Assembly (NCBI GenBank): GCA_965229605.1
Contig: OZ245892.1
Coordinates: 1,911,238 to 1,975,237 of the forward strand
Direction: 5' to 3'
Source: Alphaproteobacteria bacterium
Lineage (GTDB): Bacteria > Pseudomonadota > Alphaproteobacteria > CBDDJK01
Length of the DNA stretch: 64,000 nucleotides
The position numbers and the translations under genes are program-made. The notes beneath the pieces are model-generated. The model made no database searches. It was not told the origin of the DNA and worked only from the letters and a program-made list of their open reading frames with translations. Shown here in pieces: positions 9,306 through 18,488 of this stretch. Positions within the stretch are counted from its first letter, which is position 1. Each line of letters starts with the position of its first letter.

Positions 9306-10082
9306 ATGACCCGCCGTTACCTGATTGCCGGAAACTGGAAAATGAACGGGCAAGCGCAAAGTGCGCTTGCACTGGCACAGGCGATTGCTGATCATTCTGC
9401 CAGCTTTCCGACTGTTGATATTGCCCTTCATCCACCAGCCACCTTGCTTTCAAGGGTTTTTGAGACAACCAAAAACACATCAATCTTGCTTGGCGGGCAG
9501 GACTGCCATCCAATGGAATCCGGCGCACATACCGGAGACCTCAGCGCAGAAATGCTCTATGATGCCGGGGCGCGGCTGGTGATTGTCGGCCATTCGGAAC
9601 GGCGTAGCGATCATGGTGAAAGCGACCAGCTTGTCGCTGAAAAGGCTTTGGCAGCCCATCGGGCAGGGCTTCGCGCGATTGTCTGTATTGGCGAAACACT
9701 CGAAGAACGGGAAAGCAACCGCACGTTTGAGGTGTTGACCCGCCAACTCGTGCCAGTCCTTTCAGCCTTTGCCTCCATTCTTTCAGAGGGCAAAGAAGAA
9801 TCCCTGATCATTGCCTATGAGCCAGTCTGGGCCATTGGCACCGGACGCAGCGCAACTCCGGAGATGGCCGCAGAAGTGCATGGCTTTATCCGTCAATCTA
9901 TCGGTCAGAAGCTGGGGAAAGATTGCGCTGATACCTTGCGTATTCTCTATGGCGGGTCAATGAAACCCGCGAATGCCGAGGCTCTGTTAGCCGTCCCCGA
10001 TATTGATGGCGGCCTGATTGGCGGGGCCAGCCTAAAAGCCGATGACTTCATGGGGATTGTCAAAGCTGCTGCTGGACAATGA
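9306..10082 (+). CDS. tpiA: Triosephosphate isomerase
   Basis: AGNWKMNG N-terminus, 258 aa. Confidence 0.9.
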   Translation: MTRRYLIAGNWKMNGQAQSALALAQAIADHSASFPTVDIALHPPATLLSRVFETTKNTSILLGGQDCHPMESGAHTGDLSAEMLYDAGARLVIVGHSERRSDHGESDQLVAEKALAAHRAGLRAIVCIGETLEERESNRTFEVLTRQLVPVLSAFASILSEGKEESLIIAYEPVWAIGTGRSATPEMAAEVHGFIRQSIGQKLGKDCADTLRILYGGSMKPANAEALLAVPDIDGGLIGGASLKADDFMGIVKAAAGQ

Positions 10083-10723
10083 AAAGCAGACAACACTATC
10101 TTGCTGGTCTAGTGGTGGGTCTGGCTTTAACCCTCCTGCCCGCAAAAGCGCAAGACTTTGAAGCCGTTCAGCTGAGTGCGGCCCAATGGCGGCAAGCCAA
10201 GGAAGCTGAAAGTGCTTTGAACCGTCTGGACACCCTGGAATCGCGCTTTATTCAGGTAAATCCCGATGGAACCGGCTCTACAGGCCAGTTGACCATTCAA
10301 TGGCCCGGCAAAATGCGGGTTGACTATGACCCGCCCCAGCATATGCGGATTGTCGCCACACACGGAAAGCTGCAGGTCGTCAATTTGCGCTATAAGCAAG
10401 TCAATTTCCTTGATCTCGATGCAAGCCCGCTTGGCTTTTTGCTGGCTGATCGTATTCGTTTTGATCAAAGCGATATTATCCTTACCGATTTTGAATCGGC
10501 TGACGGCGTGCTGCGCCTGTCCTTTAGGAATAGCCGCGACCCGGAAGCCGGGGCATTGACTCTTGTTTTCTTGGAAAATCCGATGATGCTGCGGCAATGG
10601 GAAGTGCTTGATGCCACCGGGGCCCGCACCCGTGTTACCCTTGATTCGCCGACCAATGCGGGGGACATCCCCGCCCGATACTTTGATTTCCACCCCGGCT
10701 TTTTGAATGAGGAAAAGGATTAG
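10079..10723 (+). CDS. LolA-like periplasmic lipoprotein-carrier family protein
   Basis: 214 aa with an N-terminal signal peptide and beta-rich LolA-like sequence. Its start overlaps the tpiA stop. Confidence 0.45.
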   Translation: MKSRQHYLAGLVVGLALTLLPAKAQDFEAVQLSAAQWRQAKEAESALNRLDTLESRFIQVNPDGTGSTGQLTIQWPGKMRVDYDPPQHMRIVATHGKLQVVNLRYKQVNFLDLDASPLGFLLADRIRFDQSDIILTDFESADGVLRLSFRNSRDPEAGALTLVFLENPMMLRQWEVLDATGARTRVTLDSPTNAGDIPARYFDFHPGFLNEEKD

Positions 10724-10732
10724 GTCCGGCCT

Positions 10733-11530
10733 TTATGCTTTTTTCATAAAAAGGGCGGATAGCGGCATCATCACGACAAAGAGGGCCGCAGACACCCCTA
10801 CAATAGACGGGCCAGAAGGGGTGTCCAGATAGACCGAGGCGAAAATTCCGCCAAGCACGGCAGCCATGCCGAAGAGAGCAGCGATGACGGCCATGGATTC
10901 GGGGGTACGCGCAATTTGGCGGGCGGTTGCGGCTGGAATAATCAGCATGGAGGTAATCAGCAAAATCCCGACAATACGGATAGACACCGCGACCACCAGG
11001 GTGATCAGCAACATCAGCAGCAGTTGCATGAGGAAAGTATTGACGTTTTCGGCTTTGGCGAGGTCGTCGTGGATAGTCATCAACACCAGCGACGACCAGT
11101 TGAGCAGCAGCACGACCAGCACGAAGATTCCGCCGCCATAGATCCAGCCGAGTTCTTCTACGGTTGCGGTCAGGATATCGCCGAACAGGTAGGCATAGAG
11201 GTCGGTGCGCTGGTTGAGCAGAGCCATGGCGACCAGCCCGAGTGACAAGGCAGAGTGGGACAGGATTCCGAGTAATGTATCGGTTGCCAGAATTTTCCGG
11301 TTTTGCAGCCAGAGCAGGGAGAGGGCGAAAGTTGTGCAGACAATGATGGTGCCGAGGTTGACGCTGACCCCTGCGACCAGTCCGAAGACGATTCCGAGCA
11401 AAGCACTATGGGCGAGTGAATCGCCGAAATAGGCCATGCGTCGCCAGACAACGAAGCATCCGATAATCCCGGCGATGACGGCGACTCCGGTTCCGGCAGC
11501 GATGGCGCGTAGCAGGAAGGGTTCAAGCAT
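10733..11530 (-). CDS. znuB: Zinc ABC transporter permease ZnuB
   Basis: 265 aa ABC-3 family permease that overlaps znuC. Confidence 0.8.
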   Translation of the reverse strand: MLEPFLLRAIAAGTGVAVIAGIIGCFVVWRRMAYFGDSLAHSALLGIVFGLVAGVSVNLGTIIVCTTFALSLLWLQNRKILATDTLLGILSHSALSLGLVAMALLNQRTDLYAYLFGDILTATVEELGWIYGGGIFVLVVLLLNWSSLVLMTIHDDLAKAENVNTFLMQLLLMLLITLVVAVSIRIVGILLITSMLIIPAATARQIARTPESMAVIAALFGMAAVLGGIFASVYLDTPSGPSIVGVSAALFVVMMPLSALFMKKA

Positions 11531-12275
11531 GTTGGTGATTATGGCTGTGTTGATAGACGGCCATCATATTAGCCATATCGCGACCAAAGAGGGAGATAAA
11601 CTCGGGGTCACGGGTGACGGCATGGGGTTCGCCGGAGCAGCAGATATGGTGGAAGAGGCAGACCACCTGCCGGGTTGAGGCCATGACCATATGCAGGTCG
11701 TGCGAGACCATCAGGATACTGAGCTTGCGGGTACTATAGATATGATCAAGCAGTTTATAAAAACCGAGCTGCCCGGAAATATCAAGGTTTTGCGCCGGTT
11801 CATCAAGGACCAGCAGATCGGGCTGATCAAGCAGGCTGCGGGCCAGCACGACCCTTTGCAGTTCGCCGCTGGACAGGACGGCCAGCGGTTTATGGAGGAC
11901 GGGTGCGATTCCGGTTTCTTCGATGGTTTGATCAAGGCTTGCCGGGTCGGTTTTCTTGCGCAGAGACAGGAAACGGCTGGCGGTGATCGGCATGGAATGA
12001 TCGGGAGTCAGACGTTGTGGCACATAGCCAATTTTCAAGTCATTCTGGCGGGAGACTGTTCCTTTTTCAGGCTTGAACAGCCCCATCAGACATTTTAGGA
12101 GCGTTGATTTTCCAGCACCATTTGGGCCGATAATGGTCATAAAGTCCTGTTTGCCAACGCTGATGGAGACATCGTTGAGGATGGCTTTGCCCTGCCGGAT
12201 CACACTGACGTTTTGGGCCGAGATCAACGCGTTCATGAACCTGCTTTTTGAGGATGTTGCGAACATTGCTGGCAT
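11523..12275 (-). CDS. znuC: Zinc ABC transporter ATP-binding protein ZnuC
   Basis: Walker A GPNGAGKST and signature LSSGELQRV, with a His-rich C-terminus (HSHNHQHA). Confidence 0.8.
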   Translation of the reverse strand: MPAMFATSSKSRFMNALISAQNVSVIRQGKAILNDVSISVGKQDFMTIIGPNGAGKSTLLKCLMGLFKPEKGTVSRQNDLKIGYVPQRLTPDHSMPITASRFLSLRKKTDPASLDQTIEETGIAPVLHKPLAVLSSGELQRVVLARSLLDQPDLLVLDEPAQNLDISGQLGFYKLLDHIYSTRKLSILMVSHDLHMVMASTRQVVCLFHHICCSGEPHAVTRDPEFISLFGRDMANMMAVYQHSHNHQHA

Positions 12276-12712
12276 TGCCCCCCGATTTCAAGGGCAATGC
12301 CGCTTGGCGTAAATTTATTCTGGCTGGCGGTGCCTGTAATAGCCTGTGCCAATGTATGATTGCAACATTCCTTTATTTCGCCACAATCATGGCAGATCAG
12401 GAAATAGCATTCACTATGCTGCAACGGGTGGGAGCAGCCCACATAGGCATTAAGACTATGCAATTTATGGATCAAACCATGTTCCAGCAGAAAATCGAGC
12501 GTCCGGTAAACGGTTGGCGGCTTGGGGGTTTCGTTTTCTGATTTGAGCCGGTCAAGAATATCATAGGCCTTGGCTGGCGCGTGACTGGCCCAGATCATTT
12601 CCAGCACCCGTCGGCGTAAGTCGGTAAAGCGCACGCCTCTTTCCAGGCAGATATGATCCGCCTGCTGCAACGCACTTTCGATGCAAACAGTATGGTCCTG
12701 ACAGCTATGCAT
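12233..12712 (-). CDS. zur: Zinc uptake regulator, Fur family
   Basis: 159 aa with Fur-family HHDH and CxxC...CxxC metal sites (CHDCGEIKECC). Lies in an operon with znuCB and divergent from znuA. Confidence 0.75.
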   Translation of the reverse strand: MHSCQDHTVCIESALQQADHICLERGVRFTDLRRRVLEMIWASHAPAKAYDILDRLKSENETPKPPTVYRTLDFLLEHGLIHKLHSLNAYVGCSHPLQHSECYFLICHDCGEIKECCNHTLAQAITGTASQNKFTPSGIALEIGGQCQQCSQHPQKAGS

Positions 12713-12798
12713 GAGCTTGTTTTCTGTTCAGTCTGGTCTGCATTTTACGTTTAGCATTTCACGTTTTGCATTTGTGTCTGTTATTTTCTGTTTGACAG

Positions 12799-12821
12799 GT
12801 TATGTTATAGTATAACATAAC
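12799..12821. promoter_or_regulatory. Zur box, the perfect palindrome GTTATGTTATAGTATAACATAAC, overlapping a TTGACA -35 hexamer (12792-12797)
   Basis: An 11-bp arm, a centre G and the exact reverse-complement arm, seen directly in the sequence. It sits in the zur-znuCB / znuA divergent intergenic region and resembles the Zur operator consensus (TGTTATA..TATAACA). Confidence 0.6.
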
Positions 12822-12865
12822 ACTAAACAATATTAAAACCATCCCCTGTTTTTAAGGAGCCATTT

Positions 12866-14020
12866 ATGTTCACCACCCGATTTTTGCCTTTATCGCTGCC
12901 TGCAAGTCTTGTGGCGACCTTTTTAATGCCCGTCAATATTTTCGCACAGGATGTTATGGTTACGATCAAGCCGCTTCATTCATTGGTCAGTGGCGTGATG
13001 GGGTCAACCGGACAGGCAGGCCTGATTGTGGATGATGCTGTATCACCGCATGATTTTCAGCTTAAACCTTCGCAAGTCAAGGCTGTTCAGGATGCACGGG
13101 TGATTTTTTATATTGATAATGATTTTGAAACCTTTTTACGACGCGCTTTTGACATTACGTCCGAGGATGTTCGTAAAGTGGCGGTTGCCGGGCTGGATGG
13201 TCTGAAAACCTATTCCATTCGTGAAGGCGGTGGCTGGGAGGGCCATGCCCATGATCACCATGGACATGAGGATGAGCATGACGATCATGATGATCACGAC
13301 AAACATGGACATGATGATCATGATGATCACGACAAGCATGATCATGACAAACATGCGCACGATGACCATGATGATCATGGCAAACATGATCATGACAAAC
13401 ACGCGCATGAGGATCATGATGAGCACGACAAACATGATCATGACAAACACGCGCATGAGGATCATGATGAGCACGACAAACACGCGCATGAAGATCACGA
13501 GGATCATGAAACAGACCTGCACCTGTGGCTTGATCCTGCCAATGCCAAGGTTATGGTGGATCATATCGCGCAGGAGTTAAGCGCGATCTATCCTGAAAAT
13601 GCTTCTGTCTATACGGAAAATGCAAGCAGCTATACAAAAAGACTGGATGCGCTGCATACAGAACTTCAAAGCAGCCTGCGCAATGTGCAAGACAAACCCT
13701 ATGTGGTTTTTCATGATGCCTATCAGTATTTTGAAGCCGCCTATGGGTTGAATGCCGTTGGGTCCATTACCTTTCAGCCGGATGAATCTCCGTCTCCGGC
13801 CCGGCTTCAGGAAGTCAGCCAGCGCATCAAGGAGACCGGGGCGACCTGTGTGTTTAAGGAGCCACAATTTTCGGATCGGCTGGTTCGGGTTGTGGTTGAG
13901 GGCACCTCTGCCCGAAGCGGCACGCTTGATCCTTTAGGGGCGGGGCTTGAGAATGGTCCTGATCTTTATATCGCGTTGCTTGAAGATTTGGCGAGCAATC
14001 TTCGGAGTTGTTTGAATTAG
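12866..14020 (+). CDS. znuA: Zinc ABC transporter substrate-binding protein ZnuA with a ~95-aa His/Asp-rich repeat loop
   Basis: Cluster 9 solute-binding protein. The loop reads HAHDHHGHEDEHDDHDDHDKHGHDDHDDHDKHDHDKHAHDDHDDHGKHDHDKHAHEDHDEHDK... and is encoded by degenerate DNA repeats at about 13246-13513. Confidence 0.85.
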   Translation: MFTTRFLPLSLPASLVATFLMPVNIFAQDVMVTIKPLHSLVSGVMGSTGQAGLIVDDAVSPHDFQLKPSQVKAVQDARVIFYIDNDFETFLRRAFDITSEDVRKVAVAGLDGLKTYSIREGGGWEGHAHDHHGHEDEHDDHDDHDKHGHDDHDDHDKHDHDKHAHDDHDDHGKHDHDKHAHEDHDEHDKHDHDKHAHEDHDEHDKHAHEDHEDHETDLHLWLDPANAKVMVDHIAQELSAIYPENASVYTENASSYTKRLDALHTELQSSLRNVQDKPYVVFHDAYQYFEAAYGLNAVGSITFQPDESPSPARLQEVSQRIKETGATCVFKEPQFSDRLVRVVVEGTSARSGTLDPLGAGLENGPDLYIALLEDLASNLRSCLN

Positions 14021-14021
14021 G

Positions 14022-14768
14022 CTATATATGCTTGGCGTAGGGGACCAGTTGTTTTCCAATCCAGGCGGTGAGTGCATAGAGCGTTATTCCGAGGCTGATC
14101 AGCACGAAGAGGGCTGCGAACATCACGTCGGTTTGCATTCGGCCATTGGCGTGGAGCATGAGGTAGCCTAGTCCGGCGGAGGCCCCGACCCATTCGCCGA
14201 CGACGGCACCGATGGGGGCCGAGACGGCGGCGAGTTTAAAGCCCGAGACGAGTGCGGGGAGGGCTGCGGGGACCTGTATCCGCCATAGAAGGTCACTTCT
14301 GGAGGCCGACAGGCTGCGCCCCAGATCGAGATAGAGGGCGGGAGTGCGGCGCAATCCATCATAAAAGCACGAGACGACGGGGAAATAGATGATAAGGGTT
14401 GTCATGGCGACTTTTGCGGCAAATCCGTAGCCAAACCAGAGCGACAGCAGCGGGGCGAGGGCAAAAACCGGGATAGCCTGAGAGCCGATCAACAGCGGCA
14501 TGATCCATAAAGACACGCGGGGCAAGCGGCTGAGCAAAAGGGCGATAAGGATTCCAGACCCGCCACCAATGAGCATTCCGGCGGCGATTTCGCCCAGCGT
14601 GACCAGCGCATGGAAGGAAAGGCGCGGCGCCTGCGCCCAGAGAGTTGCCAGCACCTTCAGCGGTCCCGGCAGCAGAAAGACGGGGGGATTAGTTACAAAG
14701 ACGGCGGCTTGCCAAAGCACCAGCAGAATCAGGATACTCAGAAGCGGACGCAGCATTTTAGGAGTCAT
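14022..14768 (-). CDS. ABC transporter permease of the NitT/TauT (SsuC/TauC-like) family
   Basis: 248 aa with six TM segments and an EAA-like loop. No partner ATPase or binding-protein gene is adjacent. Confidence 0.6.
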   Translation of the reverse strand: MTPKMLRPLLSILILLVLWQAAVFVTNPPVFLLPGPLKVLATLWAQAPRLSFHALVTLGEIAAGMLIGGGSGILIALLLSRLPRVSLWIMPLLIGSQAIPVFALAPLLSLWFGYGFAAKVAMTTLIIYFPVVSCFYDGLRRTPALYLDLGRSLSASRSDLLWRIQVPAALPALVSGFKLAAVSAPIGAVVGEWVGASAGLGYLMLHANGRMQTDVMFAALFVLISLGITLYALTAWIGKQLVPYAKHI

Positions 14769-14801
14769 GGTTCTGGCTCCCGTAGCGGCGCCCCCGTTTG
14801 A

Positions 14802-15494
14802 TCAATGGTCTGATCGGTCAATCAGAAAGCTGACCACCGTGCGCGCATTGGCACTGTCCCAATCGGCCTCGCCAATCAAGCTGGCGACAATCTGGCCATT
14901 GCGGTCAACCAGCAGGCTTGTCGGGAAGGTATCGACGGCAAACCGCTCAATTCCGGTTGCGCCCAATGTGCCCACGTCCTGAAACATAGAGATATTGGAC
15001 ATCCGCAACCGTTGCCAGACCTGCAAGGCAGCGCGCTGGTCCTGGGGTAGGTCGAGCGACAAGGCAATCACCTGAAAATCCTCTTTGTCAAAATCCCCCT
15101 GGAGTTGATTCAGGCCGGGGAGTTCGGTCAGACAAGGCACACACCAGCTGGCCCAAAAGTTAATCAGAGTCACCCGGCCTTTGGTGATATCGGCCAGATC
15201 GCGGTTTTGCCAGCGACCATGGTGCAATTCTTCAACCTGATGCGAAAGGACGGGGAAGGGCTGATCACGCCAGACCAGCGGCTTATGCGTCCCTTCAAAG
15301 TCGGGCAGGCCATCGGGTCCAAACTGGCTGCTTCTTGAATCCAGATAAATCCAGCCGCCCAGTGCCAGCGCAAAGGTGACGATGACGAAAACGATTCCGG
15401 CAAACAGATTGGTATCGGACGCCGGTTTGGACTCGGACTCGGCTGTAGACTCGTTGGCTTGAGCATTTATTTTGGATTGTTGCACATCAAACAT
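14802..15494 (-). CDS. Thiol:disulfide interchange protein, TlpA/CcmG (DsbE) family
   Basis: Thioredoxin fold with WASWCVPC active site, preceded by a TM anchor. The start may be the ATG at 15494 (MFDVQQ) or the upstream ATG at 15569. Confidence 0.7.
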   Translation of the reverse strand: MFDVQQSKINAQANESTAESESKPASDTNLFAGIVFVIVTFALALGGWIYLDSRSSQFGPDGLPDFEGTHKPLVWRDQPFPVLSHQVEELHHGRWQNRDLADITKGRVTLINFWASWCVPCLTELPGLNQLQGDFDKEDFQVIALSLDLPQDQRAALQVWQRLRMSNISMFQDVGTLGATGIERFAVDTFPTSLLVDRNGQIVASLIGEADWDSANARTVVSFLIDRSDH

Positions 15495-15547
15495 TGTCTC
15501 TATTCTTACCGTTCTCTTGTGACTTATACTCTCTTGTGGCCTATGTT

Positions 15548-17251
15548 CTACGGCCTGGCAAGAGAACAAGCCCGGTTGAAGGCCGAGGTAATCGCCCGCA
15601 AGGCAGCTGCTGTGATATTTGGATCCATCCCTGCCCCGCCAACAATACGTTTATCCTTCAAGCTGGTTTCAATATAACAAAAGGCTTTCGCTTCTGATCC
15701 AAAGCCGATTGCATATTCCTCATAGTTCAAAAAAGACAAATGCAGATTGCTGTGATTTGTCAAGGCCTGAAAATAGGCGTCTATCGGCCCGTTTCCATAG
15801 CCGGTGATTTGCACGGCCTTGCCGTTGTCTTCTATGTTCGCCGTCACATGCCGTGCGCCTTTATGTTTATTTTCACCATCCGTCAGCACTGCCATATGGT
15901 CAATAAAGCGATAAGGGCTGGTCGCATCCAGATAGTTTTCGCAGAAAATCTGGTAAATAGCGGCGGCACTCAGCTCCTTGCCGGTCTGATCGGTGACATC
16001 CTGAACAATCTGGCTAAATTCAATTTGCAGATTGCGCGGCAGACGGATCCCATAATCGGTTTCAAGCAAGTAGGATATCCCGCCTTTGCCTGATTGCGAA
16101 TTGACCCGGATCACCGCTTCATAGGTCGCGCCGACATCCGCCGGATCAATCGGCAGATAAGGCACATCCCAGGTCTGGCTGTTGGATTCAGCCATCGCCT
16201 CCAGGCCTTTTTTAATCGCATCCTGATGGCTGCCGGAAAAGGCCGTAAAGACCAGATCACCCGCATAGGGATGGCGCGGATGCACCGGAATCTGGTTGCA
16301 ATATTCAACCAGCTTGCGCATGTCAGGGATATTGGAAAAATCAAGCATTGGGTCAACCCCGGTCGCCATCATATTCATCCCCAGCGTCACAATATCAACA
16401 TTGCCGGTGCGCTCGCCATTGCCAAAAAGCGTGCCTTCAACCCGCTCGGCCCCGGCCATCTGGGCAAATTCGGCTGCCGCAACCCCGGTGCCCCGGTCAT
16501 TATGTGGATGAACCGACAAGATCAACCGCTCCCGCTGGCTAAAATGCCGGTGCATCCATTCAATAGAATCAGCATAGACATTCGGGGTCGCTACCTCGAC
16601 CGTTGCCGGTAAATTGATAATACAGGGCTTTTCGGCGGTTGGCTGCCAGACATCCATCACCGCTTCACAGACCTCCAGCGCATAATCCAGCTCGGTCTGC
16701 GTGTAGGATTCAGGCGAATATTGAAACCGCCAGTCGGTTTCTGGCCGGGCAGCGGCCTGTTCTGCCACCCATTTTGCGCCATCGGTGGCAATTTTCATGA
16801 CACCTGCGCGGTCCTGTTTAAAGACAACCCGACGCTGGGTGGTCGAGGTTGAATTATACACATGGACAATCGCCTGTTTGGCCCCTTTCAAGGAGTCAAA
16901 AGTGCGTTCGATCAGTTCCGGGCGGGCCTGGGTCAGGACCTGCACGGTCACATCTTCCGGAATCAAATTTTCTTCAATCAGGGTGCGGGCAAAATCAAAA
17001 TCTGTCTGCGAGGCCGCCGGAAAGCCAATTTCTATTTCCTTAAAGCCCATGGCGACCAGAAACAGGAAAAACCGCCGTTTGCGTTCTGCCCCCATCGGTT
17101 CGATCAGGGCCTGATTGCCATCGCGCAAATCAACCGAGCAAAAAATCGGTGCTTTTTCAATAAGCTGCCCAGGCCAGGTCCGGTCTGGAAGGTTATGGCG
17201 GTCAAACATCCGGTATTTTGAACCGGATGATTTTGAAATGCGGTTATTCAT
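15548..17251 (-). CDS. leuA: 2-isopropylmalate synthase, long LeuA form
   Basis: 567 aa. SVDLRDGNQALIEPM and HPHNDRGTGVAAA motifs, and a C-terminal regulatory domain. Confidence 0.9.
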   Translation of the reverse strand: MNNRISKSSGSKYRMFDRHNLPDRTWPGQLIEKAPIFCSVDLRDGNQALIEPMGAERKRRFFLFLVAMGFKEIEIGFPAASQTDFDFARTLIEENLIPEDVTVQVLTQARPELIERTFDSLKGAKQAIVHVYNSTSTTQRRVVFKQDRAGVMKIATDGAKWVAEQAAARPETDWRFQYSPESYTQTELDYALEVCEAVMDVWQPTAEKPCIINLPATVEVATPNVYADSIEWMHRHFSQRERLILSVHPHNDRGTGVAAAEFAQMAGAERVEGTLFGNGERTGNVDIVTLGMNMMATGVDPMLDFSNIPDMRKLVEYCNQIPVHPRHPYAGDLVFTAFSGSHQDAIKKGLEAMAESNSQTWDVPYLPIDPADVGATYEAVIRVNSQSGKGGISYLLETDYGIRLPRNLQIEFSQIVQDVTDQTGKELSAAAIYQIFCENYLDATSPYRFIDHMAVLTDGENKHKGARHVTANIEDNGKAVQITGYGNGPIDAYFQALTNHSNLHLSFLNYEEYAIGFGSEAKAFCYIETSLKDKRIVGGAGMDPNITAAALRAITSAFNRACSLARP

Positions 17252-17320
17252 ATCAAGGCCTTATGTCTTCGCTTTCGCGATGTGAAATCTTTTGCTATTC
17301 CATAGCAATCGCCGTGCCGT

Positions 17321-18337
17321 ATGACAAATCAGCATTTTAAGCTCAAGAAACAAGACATGGTCACCTATAAAAAAGATACCCGTAGAAAAGATAGTGGGGA
17401 TCGTCAGGCCCCTGTGCAGCTGGTGGCGATTGGCGAGGTCATGGCCGAGCTTTCAGACATGCAGGAACGCCCCCGGCAAGCGGTGAGTCTTCGCGGGCAT
17501 TTTGGCGGTGATGTCTTTAATACAGCGGTCTATCTGGCCCGTATTCTTTTGGAAAATACAACGCACAAAAGCTATTCGGTCGCTTTGGCCTCCCGGATTG
17601 GCGAGGACCCTTTCAGCCTTAAACTGCGGGCGTTTTTGCAGGAAACCGGCATTGACCAGTCCTGTCTTGTCACCGAACCGGGCGGACGGACAGGGCTTTA
17701 TCTGATTGAAATTGATAAAAAGGGGGAGCGGCGGTTTCACTACTGGCGCGGACAAAGCCCGGCCCGTTCCATGTTTCAAAAAAACATCGCACCAGAGACC
17801 GATCATCTGGCAGATTTTGATGTCTATTATATCAGTGCCATCAGCCTGGCGGTCTGGTCGCCGTCTGCGCGGGACCATATTCTGTCTTTTCTGGACCGCC
17901 GCCGACAGGACGGGGCACTGGTGGCCTTTGATACCAACTACCGCCCCGCCTTATGGGAAAACCCGGCAGTTGCCCGCACAGTGATTGAACAGGCCATGCA
18001 GGTTGCCAGCCTGGTCCTGCCTTCTCACGAAGATTTGATGAAAATCTATGAAACAGAAGATGAACCGGAAAAGCTGATAAAAAACATGCGGCAAATGACC
18101 AAAGCAGATATTGTCCTGAAAACAGGCGGCGGCGCGATTTATACAGATATTGACAATATTCCGTTTACTTTTACGCCGGATCAAATCCCGCAGCCGGTTG
18201 ATACCACCGGGGCTGGCGATTCCTTTAATGCCGCGCTGATCGCTGCTCGGGTGATGGGAAAAAGCCTGAGCGAACAGCTGGAGGCCGGTCATCGTCTCGC
18301 CGCACAAGTGATTATGCACCCCGGCGCCATAATATAG
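17321..18337 (+). CDS. PfkB-family sugar kinase, 2-dehydro-3-deoxygluconokinase-like
   Basis: DTTGAGDSFNAALIAA (the PfkB anion-hole motif) and a GG dipeptide. Confidence 0.7.
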   Translation: MTNQHFKLKKQDMVTYKKDTRRKDSGDRQAPVQLVAIGEVMAELSDMQERPRQAVSLRGHFGGDVFNTAVYLARILLENTTHKSYSVALASRIGEDPFSLKLRAFLQETGIDQSCLVTEPGGRTGLYLIEIDKKGERRFHYWRGQSPARSMFQKNIAPETDHLADFDVYYISAISLAVWSPSARDHILSFLDRRRQDGALVAFDTNYRPALWENPAVARTVIEQAMQVASLVLPSHEDLMKIYETEDEPEKLIKNMRQMTKADIVLKTGGGAIYTDIDNIPFTFTPDQIPQPVDTTGAGDSFNAALIAARVMGKSLSEQLEAGHRLAAQVIMHPGAII

Positions 18338-18488
18338 GTGCTATAATATAAGCACAATTAGACAAATTTATTGACGTTTATCCCTCGTTCACCTAAAAAT
18401 TCATGCATGATTAATATAGAAAAATTTTTGATTTTGAAGAGTTGTTAAATGTAAGAATTTGGCAATGTAAAAATTTAATGGGCGGGCC

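Noticed and set aside
13136-13580. ORFs antisense or out of frame within the znuA His-rich repeat (Met/Ile-rich translations)
   Set aside because: They are low-complexity products of the HD-repeat DNA, and the in-frame ZnuA reading is strongly supported.
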